The notes: a model not told the origin generated them from the sequence alone. Numbered from the stretch's first letter, positions 1 to 7,909 are shown. The stretch: 37,660 nucleotides of DNA from an uncultured Methanosarcinales archaeon (GCA_964502785.1 CAZCXW010000006.1:1-37660), one strand, 5' to 3'. Translations and numbers: made by a program.

Positions 1-265
1 CATTGGTTTCTATTGTGTAAATTAGTCTCCAAGCATTAGGGAGATCATATTTCCAAAGATTTGTTATACTGTATTTTTGAATGTACTCTTTTGGCCAAAG
101 ATTTTTTTGAATTTTTATCCCGCAGGTTGGATCTGCTTTGAGATCATCGATCGCTCTGTCAATAAATTTGTAAAGTTGTTTGTCTTCAAATTTACCCTCT
201 TTAAGGGCTTCCCATTCCTGCTTAATTTTTGGAGTAATAAAAGCTACGTGGATTTGTTTGTTCAT
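1..265 (-). CDS. RelE/ParE-superfamily toxin, first 88 codons (gene runs off the window start)
   Basis: Absent from the ORF track because there is no stop in the window. My reverse-strand translation from the ATG at 265-263 is MNKQIHVAFITPKIKQEWEALKEGKFEDKQLYKFIDRAIDDLKADPTCGIKIQKNLWPKEYIQKYSITNLWKYDLPNAWRLIYTIETN. The NLWKYDLP..WRLIYTI block is typical of RelE/ParE toxins. There is an ATGA start/stop overlap with the upstream ORF. Confidence 0.6.
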   Translation of the reverse strand, partial: MNKQIHVAFITPKIKQEWEALKEGKFEDKQLYKFIDRAIDDLKADPTCGIKIQKNLWPKEYIQKYSITNLWKYDLPNAWRLIYTIETN

Positions 266-528
266 CGCACCATTAAATCCTCCCTAAGTAATCTCTTTAT
301 TCTTGCAGGATTAAACGTCCAAATAATACAACCCTCTTTATCTATAATTATTTTTCCTGATTGTTCAAGGTAATCTAAAATTACTTGGAATGTTTGATAC
401 ATCATTTTTTTAGGAAGCTTTTTCCAGAGTTGATACTTACCGAATTCTTGGCTATACTTTTGGATAGTTTCCTCTACCATAAAGACGGATTCTAGGGTTG
501 GACTATGTAAAATTGTCGCTTCTTGCAT
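262..528 (-). CDS. small putative antitoxin / winged-helix-like protein
   Basis: 88-aa ORF whose stop overlaps the toxin ATG (ATGA at 262-265). It sits directly upstream of the RelE-like ORF. The fold assignment is a guess from QTFQVILDYLEQSGKIIIDKEG. Confidence 0.4.
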   Translation of the reverse strand: MQEATILHSPTLESVFMVEETIQKYSQEFGKYQLWKKLPKKMMYQTFQVILDYLEQSGKIIIDKEGCIIWTFNPARIKRLLREDLMVR

Positions 529-595
529 GTTATATAACTATATATAAGAATTCTATTTAAAGCTTTTGCTTGTTTTTGTCAGATTTTGTGCTAAA

Positions 596-860
596 TTACA
601 ACTTTTGTAGTTCTTCAGAGGTATATGGTTTTTCTTTTTGCATTTTCTTAATTTTATTAATGATATACTTTAATGCAAAAACATCATCTTTATTATACCC
701 TTGAAGTTTTTTAATTACTTTTTTATTTTTAGATTTGATATACTCATTATAGATAAAAGGTGCATCAAAACCATTAGTATCTTGATGTTTCCACTGGAAT
801 CCCAAAAAATCACCAAGTTTTTTTAGTTTGTATGTTGATATGTGGAGTGACCCCCTAGTT
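596..860 (-). pseudogene. C-terminal remnant of an RNase H-like (YprB / RNase_H_2-type) exonuclease domain protein
   Basis: The stop-to-stop frame reads ..SLHISTYKLKKLGDFLGFQWKHQDTNGFDAPFIYNEYIKSKNKKVIKKLQGYNKDDVFALKYI.., matching only the last third of that domain (sysLK..lG, dG..a, YN.DDv.aL). There is no ATG, only a TTG, and an upstream in-frame TAA at about 861-863. Confidence 0.4.
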
Positions 861-1000
861 TAAGTTAAGTAGTATCTGAGTCAAGAACTATTTCATTTTT
901 TCTATTCGAAAGAAGCACTTTCCGTGACTTCTCGCTTTTAATCTCATCCATGAAACACAAAGCCTTTTAAAACCATAGATATTCCGTTGATGTAATGCCC

Positions 1001-1043
1001 ATGAAATCACTGTTTCACTGTGTGTGATGGGTGTTTTTGACAC
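1001..1043 (+). repeat. intergenic repeat family, 3' half copy (TTTCACTGTGTGTGATGGGTGTTTTTGACAC)
   Basis: Aligns with 5351..5388 and with the reverse complement of 2427..2464. A weaker match extends upstream to about 905. It ends about 20 nt before the site-2 protease ATG. Confidence 0.6.
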
Positions 1044-1064
1044 GAAAGAACTTTACTAAAACAT

Positions 1065-2168
1065 ATGAATGGAAACGCAACGTTATTCCGCATTTTTGGG
1101 ATTGAGATACGAATCCATTACAGCTGGTGGCTTATTTTCATTCTCCTGACATGGAGCTTGGCAACAGCCTTCTTCCCAGTGAATTTTCCAGTATCCAAAA
1201 TGCAGGCATGGATTTTAGGTCTCGTATCGGCTTTGCTTCTATTTCTTTCCGTACTTCTCCACGAATTAAGCCATTCGCTTGTTGCGAAAGCAAAAAAAAT
1301 TCGCGTGGAAAATATTACCTTATTTTTCTTTGGCGGCGTGGCTGGCATCACGGAAGAAGACATGCCTCCAGCATCAGAATTTGTCATGGCCGTGGCCGGA
1401 CCCTTATTCTCGCTCTTCCTCTCGGGCTTATTTTACATCCTTTTTAGGGCAAACATCCATTTATTCGTCACTGCCGCAGCTTTGTATTTATACCAAATAA
1501 ACTTCATGTTGGCAGTATTTAACCTTCTTCCGGGCTTTCCGCTCGATGGTGGAAGAGCCTTCCGCGCTCTTCTCTTTTCGTATTACCATGATCTAGAGAA
1601 AGCGACACGGATTGCCGCAAATGTAGGGCGGGCACTGGCAGGCGCACTTTTCGTTATTGGGATGATCAACCTTTTTCGGGGTTCAGGCAATAGTTTATGG
1701 CTCATTCTCATCGGTGGTTTTTTGTACTTCATCGCTGGAGTAAGTTATGAGCAAGTGTTGATTAAGAAAATGTTAGCGCCAATTTCTCTTCGTGAATTAC
1801 TGATAAAGATACCCGTTCTCAACCCGGAACTAAGACTTCAAGAATTTGCTGTAAAATGGAGGAAAAGCGAGAATTCTCTTTTTCTCGTCAAAAATAAAAC
1901 ATTTGCCGGAATTCTCGAAATCAACCAATTGCAGAGTTTTTCTCCAAAATTGCAAGAGGCAATAAAAGTAAAAAACATTTCCAAGCCTCTCGAGACATTT
2001 CCTCGTTTGCAAAAAAATGAAACAGCCTATAAAGCATTCCAGATTTTATCCAAACAAAGCGGCGATGCCTTGCCTCTCTTTGAGAAAAATCATTTTATTG
2101 GAATGGTAACCCGACAGCAATTGCAGAGACGATTGCAATGGGAATTGAAGTTCAGAGGGAAAAGTTAA
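1065..2168 (+). CDS. M50 site-2 protease with C-terminal CBS pair
   Basis: HELSH (HExxH) in a TM helix, the NLLPGFPLDGG motif, several TM segments, and C-terminal CBS-like repeats (FAGILEINQL, FIGMVTRQQL). Confidence 0.9.
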   Translation: MNGNATLFRIFGIEIRIHYSWWLIFILLTWSLATAFFPVNFPVSKMQAWILGLVSALLLFLSVLLHELSHSLVAKAKKIRVENITLFFFGGVAGITEEDMPPASEFVMAVAGPLFSLFLSGLFYILFRANIHLFVTAAALYLYQINFMLAVFNLLPGFPLDGGRAFRALLFSYYHDLEKATRIAANVGRALAGALFVIGMINLFRGSGNSLWLILIGGFLYFIAGVSYEQVLIKKMLAPISLRELLIKIPVLNPELRLQEFAVKWRKSENSLFLVKNKTFAGILEINQLQSFSPKLQEAIKVKNISKPLETFPRLQKNETAYKAFQILSKQSGDALPLFEKNHFIGMVTRQQLQRRLQWELKFRGKS

Positions 2169-2426
2169 TGGATTAAATCAAAAAAGCTACTCTAATCCTA
2201 CCAGATGAGGGCTATTTTCTTGTTTATCTTTTGCTCTTTCATATTTTGCTTTAATTGTTGTACAAACATCCGTATACAAAGTATCGAAGGTAATCGATTT
2301 TGTTATATCCTAAAAATCATTTGAAATCGAACATATTAATGATTTTTATATATATATAAAATGCGCTAAATAATGTTCGAATTCTAGCGTATTTTAGTAT
2401 ACTTTCTTTTGTGATTCTCGCCTTAT

Positions 2427-2514
2427 CTGTCAAAAACCACCCGTCAGACGCACAGTGAAACATAGATTTCACTGGCGCACAAGAAGCAGCGGCTTCTTTG
2501 TGGACAGGTGGCAT
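2427..2514 (-). repeat. intergenic structured repeat, best-folded 88-nt copy
   Basis: The reverse complement matches 5301..5388 at 73 of 88 positions without gaps (hand alignment). It folds as a closing stem CCACCUGUC/GACGGGUGG around two hairpins, followed by T5-GACA. Confidence 0.75.
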
Positions 2515-2546
2515 GACGTTCATAACGTCATGCAGAGTTTTTGAGC

Positions 2547-2746
2547 ACCCCAGAATTCCACTGGTGGAACACAAAGAAAAGGAAAAAAATCATGTCTTCA
2601 GAGAGGATATAACTGAAAGTTAATGCTTTTCTTGTGTCACAGAAATTCGCCTATCGATAAGAGCGTCTCTTTTCAAGTCATGCCTTTAGGGCATGGTAAA
2701 ATACTTTCGGCGAATTTCTCATGACACCAGTGGAATATCTGTGGTT
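2547..2746. repeat. nested inverted repeats (about 200-nt composite hairpin)
   Basis: ATTCCACTGGTG (2555-2566) and CACCAGTGGAAT (2725-2736) are perfect 12-bp arms. The inner arms are GTGTCACAGAAATTCGCC (2634-2651) and GGCGAATTTCTCATGACAC (2709-2727). The apex hairpin is CATGCCtttagGGCATG (2679-2695). Confidence 0.7.
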
Positions 2747-2820
2747 TTAAACCTTCAACCAATTTAAAAACAGGAAAACTTAAGTAGAAAATATAAAGTA
2801 ACGCTTTTTTTAGAACACTC

Positions 2821-3633
2821 ATGTACCTTGAGATAATAAAAATACTGAAAAAAAAGATCAATCATCATTATATTCATCTAACCTCCCGCGGCAATGCTGC
2901 CATAGAAACAGCCTTGTCTCTCCTGCCAAAAGGAAGCACAATCTTAGTTCCAGAAGAAGGCGGCTGGCTTACCTATAAAACTGCACCCCTGAAAATAGGA
3001 TTAAAAGTTGAAGAAGTAAAGTGCACTGATGCAAAACTCGAAATTGAAGATCTCCAAAAAAAATTACAATCAAAACAATATGCTGCTCTTCTCTATCAAA
3101 ATCCTGGCGGGTATCATGCTGAGCAGTCCTTTGAAGAAATCTATGAATTATGTCAAAGATATGGATGTTTAGTTATTCTTGATGTCTCAGGAAGCATTGG
3201 CACATCATTATGCGATGGAAGATTTGCAAATATCCTGGTGGGAAGTTTTGGCCGTTGGAAACCCGTAGATGCAGGAAAAGGGGGCTTTATTTCATGTAAA
3301 GAGAAAAGTATTTTCGAGAATATCCATACTCCAGAATTCAAAGACGAAATCATCTTAAAGAAAATCTATGAACAGTTACAACATCTTCCAGCTCGCTTAA
3401 AAATCCTAGAAGAAAAAAGAAAGAAAGTTCTAACAGACTTACGTGAATTTAAAATAATTAACACCGATAATTGGGGATTAGTTGTCATCATCGAATTTAA
3501 TTCCGAAGAAGAGAAAAATAAAATTATTCAATATTGTAAAGAACAGACATTAGAATGGACGGAATGCCCGAGGTACATTCGATTGAATAGGAAAGGCATC
3601 AGCATTGAAGTAAAAAGGATTGAAAATAAATGA
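2821..3633 (+). CDS. PLP-dependent (fold-type I, DegT/class-V-like) enzyme, short form
   Basis: LTSRGNAAIETALSLL..GSTILVPE resembles the S.GT.AL..AL..GDEVI.P pattern. The segment ILDVSGSIG..VGSFGRWKPVDAGKGGFI resembles the D-x-A and SF..K..GG lysine region. Confidence 0.5.
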   Translation: MYLEIIKILKKKINHHYIHLTSRGNAAIETALSLLPKGSTILVPEEGGWLTYKTAPLKIGLKVEEVKCTDAKLEIEDLQKKLQSKQYAALLYQNPGGYHAEQSFEEIYELCQRYGCLVILDVSGSIGTSLCDGRFANILVGSFGRWKPVDAGKGGFISCKEKSIFENIHTPEFKDEIILKKIYEQLQHLPARLKILEEKRKKVLTDLREFKIINTDNWGLVVIIEFNSEEEKNKIIQYCKEQTLEWTECPRYIRLNRKGISIEVKRIENK

Positions 3634-3944
3634 ATCCATTAGAATATATCCTGCAGCTGTACAAACGACAGCAAGAAGAAGGATTTGAAGAAACTTGTGG
3701 GCAGTTTGATATGATTACGAGTGATCCTCGGCCAAGTTATGCCGACGTTGTTTCAAAATTCCAAACTTTCGCCTTCACCCCGCTGGGGTTATATGTCATC
3801 TATGAGGGAATTGAAGCAATCGTGGAAGGGAATTCTAATTTAGGGAAAGGCGGGATAATTTTAGGCTTATATCTCGTTATCCGGGGGGCACTGCGAATTC
3901 CTCAGCAAATCCAGAGATATAGAAATTTCTCTGAACGGGAATGA
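3630..3944 (+). CDS. small membrane protein, unknown function
   Basis: ATGA overlap with the upstream gene and two hydrophobic segments (FAFTPLGLYVIYEGI, GGIILGLYLVIRGAL). Confidence 0.4.
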   Translation: MNPLEYILQLYKRQQEEGFEETCGQFDMITSDPRPSYADVVSKFQTFAFTPLGLYVIYEGIEAIVEGNSNLGKGGIILGLYLVIRGALRIPQQIQRYRNFSERE

Positions 3945-3998
3945 TCGTTCCTCCAAAAACCAAAAATATTTAAATCAGTTTTGTCATTCTATAGAATA

Positions 3999-4373
3999 AT
4001 GGCTTTTCGTATCCCTGAATCAATGAGCGAATGTTTGTATTTCACCAATAGAGGTGATACTCTTGCCTGGGTTTATCGTAAGGAGTGTCCAAAATGCCAC
4101 AAAGCAAAAATGGGCAAACCTGTCGTGAAAGGAAGTGTCAAAACAAGAGCTAAAGAGTACGTTTGCCCAAGTTGTGATTATGAGGAAAGTAAAGAGGTTC
4201 ACGAAGACAGTGTGCAAATCCAAGCCGTTTATACCTGTCCTAAGTGTGGAAAGAAAGGAGAATCAACAGCTCCCTATAAGAGGAAAAATTTCAAAGGAGT
4301 TCCTTCTTTTGTTGTTGACTGTCAGCATTGTGGTGAGAAAATACCCCTAACAAAGAAGTTGAAAGGGATTTAA
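3999..4373 (+). CDS. double zinc-ribbon protein, unknown function
   Basis: Four CxxC pairs (CPKC..CPSC, CPKC..CQHC). I prefer the ATG at 3999, with an AAATATTTAAAT TATA-like box about 25 nt upstream, over the track TTG at 3981. Confidence 0.5.
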   Translation: MAFRIPESMSECLYFTNRGDTLAWVYRKECPKCHKAKMGKPVVKGSVKTRAKEYVCPSCDYEESKEVHEDSVQIQAVYTCPKCGKKGESTAPYKRKNFKGVPSFVVDCQHCGEKIPLTKKLKGI

Positions 4374-4699
4374 TTTCTTTTCATAACATAAAGCATAGTT
4401 CTCACAATCTTTAAATGGTTACACTAAGAAACCAGAAAGCTCTGTGCTTTAGCACAGGGATGAACGGCTTTCTTTGTGTAAGAAAAAACTCTTGCAACAA
4501 CTAGATTCTCGGCAAGTTTTTAAACTCACTTCGTGCCACGTTGCACTTTCCTTACGCAGGCGAGTTATTTGATAGGATAATGTTACTCTCGTCTGCTTTG
4601 GTCAGGTCACTTAACAGCGATCGCATATGTTCAGTGAAATTTCTACTGGTGGGCATTTGAATAGATGTTTATATAAACTCATTCTTAATAGAGGTTACT

Positions 4700-5266
4700 A
4701 TGATTGAACCATTTGTTGCCGCTTTTACGCTGGCTTTAATATCTGAAATAGCTGATAAAACACAATTGGTCATTCTCGGATTAGCAATAAAATATAAATC
4801 TCCTTTCAGAGTATTTTCTGGAGCATTATTGGCTCATGCAGTTATGGATGGAATTGCTATTGTATTTGGTGCTTTTTTTGGTTTTTCATTATCATCAAGC
4901 TTAATCAAAAATGGAGTCGGTATTCTATTCATACTTTTAGGAATTTGGACTTTTGTTAAATCATATTTCAGGAAATCCAAGAAAGAAAACAAGGAAATTT
5001 TGAGCAAAACCATTTTAACAACTTCATTCCTAACAGTTTTACTTAGCGAATTTGGTGATAAAACACAAATAGCTTCTGGTTTATTAGCTGCCAAATATTT
5101 AGTGCCTATACCTATTTTTATTGGATTTGTTTCAGCGCTCGCAATAGCAATAGGATTAAATGTTTTTGTTGGCAGCAAAGTTGCAAGAGGAATTCCAAGA
5201 AAAACTATAAAAATTATAACGGCTATTCTCTTCATACTATTTGGAATATCTACCTTATTATTTTAA
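4700..5266 (+). CDS. GDT1/TMEM165 (UPF0016) family cation transporter
   Basis: Internal duplication carrying two E-x-(A/G)-D-K-T-Q motifs (SEIADKTQ, SEFGDKTQ), with about 6 TM segments. Confidence 0.85.
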   Translation: MIEPFVAAFTLALISEIADKTQLVILGLAIKYKSPFRVFSGALLAHAVMDGIAIVFGAFFGFSLSSSLIKNGVGILFILLGIWTFVKSYFRKSKKENKEILSKTILTTSFLTVLLSEFGDKTQIASGLLAAKYLVPIPIFIGFVSALAIAIGLNVFVGSKVARGIPRKTIKIITAILFILFGISTLLF

Positions 5267-5300
5267 CGTCCGCCCTTCGTAACTCTCGAAGAAAGATCAA

Positions 5301-5388
5301 TTGCCACCAGTTCACGAAGAAACTGCTGCTTCTTGTACGCTAGTGAAATTGCTGTTTCACTGTGTGTCTGACGGGTGATTTTTGATAT
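5301..5388 (+). repeat. intergenic structured repeat, second 88-nt copy
   Basis: See 2427..2514. It lies between convergent genes (GDT1 end at 5266, fur end at 5437). Confidence 0.75.
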
Positions 5389-5436
5389 TCTTAGGGATGC
5401 TGCGCTTTTGCTTCGCAAACCTTGCTTAACAGGAAT

Positions 5437-5835
5437 TTAGGGTTCGCTGCGTTTGGATATATTCTGTCTTTCAGCATATTTACATTCCCTGCAAATACCT
5501 TTGATATCAATTTGAAAATGACATATTTCCCCAGTTACAATCTCTTTGAGGAAATGCACATTCTTCAACGGCAAATGTTTCTTTCCGCCGCATTCTTCAC
5601 AGGTAAAATGAATATGGTTATTTTTGTTGAGAGAATATATTTTACGGTTTTCACAAAGATAGGAGTGAATTTCTCCTTTCTTTTCGATATCGTTGAGAAA
5701 ACGATAAACAGTGGCTATGCCTAAATGCAAATCTTTACCAGATATTCGGCTGTGAAATTCATAAGCATCAAAAAAAGTTGTCATTTTTTGCAATTCACCA
5801 TGCATAATTTTCTTTTGTTTTGTAAGTCGAGACAT
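5437..5835 (-). CDS. Fur-family metal-responsive transcriptional regulator
   Basis: N-terminal wHTH (IATVYRFLNDIEKKGEI) and two CxxC pairs (CEEC, CREC). It is divergent from a ZIP transporter. Confidence 0.8.
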   Translation of the reverse strand: MSRLTKQKKIMHGELQKMTTFFDAYEFHSRISGKDLHLGIATVYRFLNDIEKKGEIHSYLCENRKIYSLNKNNHIHFTCEECGGKKHLPLKNVHFLKEIVTGEICHFQIDIKGICRECKYAERQNISKRSEP

Positions 5836-5841
5836 CTTATT

Positions 5842-5860
5842 GATAATGAGAATCAGTAAT
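5842..5860. promoter_or_regulatory. Fur/Zur-box-like palindrome in the divergent fur-ZIP promoter region
   Basis: GATAATGAGAATCAGTAAT matches the classical Fur box GATAATGATAATCATTATC at 15 of 19 positions. It is directly followed by the TATA-like ATTTATAAAT (5861-5870), about 25 nt upstream of the ZIP ATG. Confidence 0.45.
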
Positions 5861-5891
5861 ATTTATAAATAGTTCTATCTGCATCAAAAAG

Positions 5892-6677
5892 ATGTCAGTT
5901 TTACTCTATACTCTTGTCAGTGTCCTGGTTGTTTCATTATTTTCGCTTATTGGCGTTACGGCATTGATTATCAGCAAGAAATCGTTAGAAAAATTTCTGC
6001 TCGTTTTGGTGAGCCTCTCTGCAGGAACATTATTTGGAGATGCGTTCATCCATTTATTGCCGGAAGCAGTGGAAGAACAAGGGGGATTCAGCTTTTTTTT
6101 AGCACTTATGACTCTGTTGGGAATTTTAGTGTTTTTTGTTATCGAACGCTTTATTCATCTGCAAAATACTTGTAAAGCGCCGCCTCTGCATAAACATGTA
6201 GAAGAATATCCTCTCCTTCACGAATCGCATAAGAAACATATCGGAGTTATGAACCTTGTCGGTGATGGATTGCACAACTTTACCGATGGTTTAATTATTG
6301 CTGTAAGTTATTTTGCAAGTATTCCTGCAGGGGTGGCGACGACATTTGCAGTTATCTTGCATGAAGTGCCGCAGGAGATTGCTGATTTTGGCGTTTTATT
6401 GTACGCTGGATTTTCCAGATGGAAGGCATTATTGCTGAATTTAGCTTCAGCGGGAACAGCAGTATTGGGAGCTGTTGTTGGGCTGGCTGCTGGAAAAGCT
6501 TCACACACTTTTATAGAATTTATATTGCCTTTTGCTGCCGGAGGATTTATCTACATTGCCGGCACAAATTTATTCCCTGAACTGCATAAAGAATGCAGCT
6601 GGAAAGATTCTTTCATTCATCTCCTTGCTCTCCTTGCTGGCATTGCGATTATGATTGCATTATTGTACATAGAATAA
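5892..6677 (+). CDS. zupT: ZIP-family divalent metal transporter (ZupT-like)
   Basis: HLLPEA, GDGLHNFTDG and LHEVPQEIADF motifs, with about 8 TM segments. Confidence 0.8.
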   Translation: MSVLLYTLVSVLVVSLFSLIGVTALIISKKSLEKFLLVLVSLSAGTLFGDAFIHLLPEAVEEQGGFSFFLALMTLLGILVFFVIERFIHLQNTCKAPPLHKHVEEYPLLHESHKKHIGVMNLVGDGLHNFTDGLIIAVSYFASIPAGVATTFAVILHEVPQEIADFGVLLYAGFSRWKALLLNLASAGTAVLGAVVGLAAGKASHTFIEFILPFAAGGFIYIAGTNLFPELHKECSWKDSFIHLLALLAGIAIMIALLYIE

Positions 6678-6907
6678 ATTCTATTTTTAATTTTAATACT
6701 TTTCTAAAGAGAACTTTGCAAAATTGATTTCCTGCTCTAAATTTACATGATTTTGCGAATAAATTGCAAAGTTATCTGTCAGAATTTTGAGTTTTTCAAA
6801 ATTCTCAATATTAAATTTTGACTGCTTTCACTTCGTATATCCTCCTCAGATCATTCTAAATCTCAAAAACTCTCGGTTGTTCTGATCTGCTTAATTTTTA
6901 GCAACAA

Positions 6908-7909
6908 ATGTTGGGTAAAAGAATATTCTTTAGTAACTTACTCATTGATTCTATGGTTCATACAAAATTAGAGTTGGAAGAAATTATTGAAATAGGTCAT
7001 CAATTTGGTTTAGATGTATTAACTGCCGTGCCTGCCAAAGAAGGGTTGCGTAACTCAAATTATATCATCAAAGCGTTCGATAGAAATTTTGATTCGATAG
7101 TCCAGCGTATCTTAAGAATATGTGAAGATCAATCTCCAGATGAAGCGGTACGCTTAGTTTCTGCATTACACTATTTGACAGAGAAAGGGTTTCCCACACA
7201 AAAACCTGAGATTCCATGGAACAGCCAATTAGTAATGCACAATAGCAAACCTGTTATTGCTCTTAAATATATCAGCGGAAAAACGATTCCTAATTTAAAT
7301 GGAGAACAGTTATCGCAACTTGGCCAACATATGGCACTTTTACATCAGCTTGATGTTCCAGACTTTCTACCACAAGATCATCCTTTTGGATTTGAAGCAT
7401 ATAAAACGAGATTTAAAGGAATTGAACATCCATATAGAGGGTGGCTCAATAACCGGAAACATTGTTTCTCTCATCTATTTTCAGAAGATCTTCCTAAAAG
7501 CATTATCCACGGGGATCTTTTTTCCGATAATGTTATTTATGATTGCGATAACGATAAAAAGCTTGTAGGAATTATAGATTTTGAAAGTGCATTTTATGGT
7601 CCGTGCATTTTTGATTTAGGAATGACAACGATAGGGGCATGTCGAGATGAGGGTATTTTAAATTATGATAAAGTGAGAGCGTTGGTGAAAGGATACGAAA
7701 AAGAACGCCCATTAGAACCACGAGAAAAAGAATTGCTAAAAGTTGGTGCATCACAGGCAGCAGCGGTAATATCTATTTGGAGATTTGATTACTTTAACTT
7801 ACGATGTAATGAGATTGATAACCTACGATATTTGGAAGCAGTAAAACTCTCGAATCATTTAGATAGCCTCTCAAACGACCAATTTATGGAATCTGTTTTT
7901 GGAAAATGA
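6908..7909 (+). CDS. APH/choline-kinase/homoserine-kinase-II family small-molecule kinase
   Basis: Catalytic loop IIHGDLFSDNVIY and IIDFE. The start could be the internal ATG at 6953. Confidence 0.7.
   Translation: MLGKRIFFSNLLIDSMVHTKLELEEIIEIGHQFGLDVLTAVPAKEGLRNSNYIIKAFDRNFDSIVQRILRICEDQSPDEAVRLVSALHYLTEKGFPTQKPEIPWNSQLVMHNSKPVIALKYISGKTIPNLNGEQLSQLGQHMALLHQLDVPDFLPQDHPFGFEAYKTRFKGIEHPYRGWLNNRKHCFSHLFSEDLPKSIIHGDLFSDNVIYDCDNDKKLVGIIDFESAFYGPCIFDLGMTTIGACRDEGILNYDKVRALVKGYEKERPLEPREKELLKVGASQAAAVISIWRFDYFNLRCNEIDNLRYLEAVKLSNHLDSLSNDQFMESVFGK

Noticed and set aside
77-373. 98-aa plus-strand ORF
   Set aside because: It is antisense to the coupled toxin/antitoxin ORFs and has an AT-rich, Phe/Leu/Ile-heavy shadow composition.
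2317-2574. 85-aa ORF (and the analogous 17324..17566 and 17372..17647 ORFs) lying on the intergenic repeat; the peptides look related (..SCAPVKSMFHCASDGWF.. versus ..SCTRNANISLCHQVSDRWW..)
   Set aside because: The similarity is at the DNA level. Copies differ by an indel that breaks the frame (CTGGGGTGCTCAAAAACTCTG versus CTGGGAGCCAAAAAGCTCTG). The 5301..5388 copy has a TGA where this one has TGG. The sequence is dominated by hairpin arms, so it is better explained as non-coding repeats.
2370-2770. Possible SRP RNA or RNase P RNA in the large structured spacers (also 4420..4670, where the minus strand has UAAGGAAAGUGC, resembling the RNase P CR-I GAGGAAAGUCC)
   Set aside because: The element is multi-copy. 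I could not find a matching P4 3' strand, a GNAR-capped helix 8 or other conserved SRP or RNase P blocks. Only an Rfam/Infernal scan can settle this.
4834-5235. 133-aa minus-strand ORF
   Set aside because: It is antisense inside the GDT1/UPF0016 gene, whose duplicated ExGDKT motifs make the plus-strand frame the real one.
5422-5724. 100-aa plus-strand ORF
   Set aside because: It is antisense to the Fur-family regulator gene.
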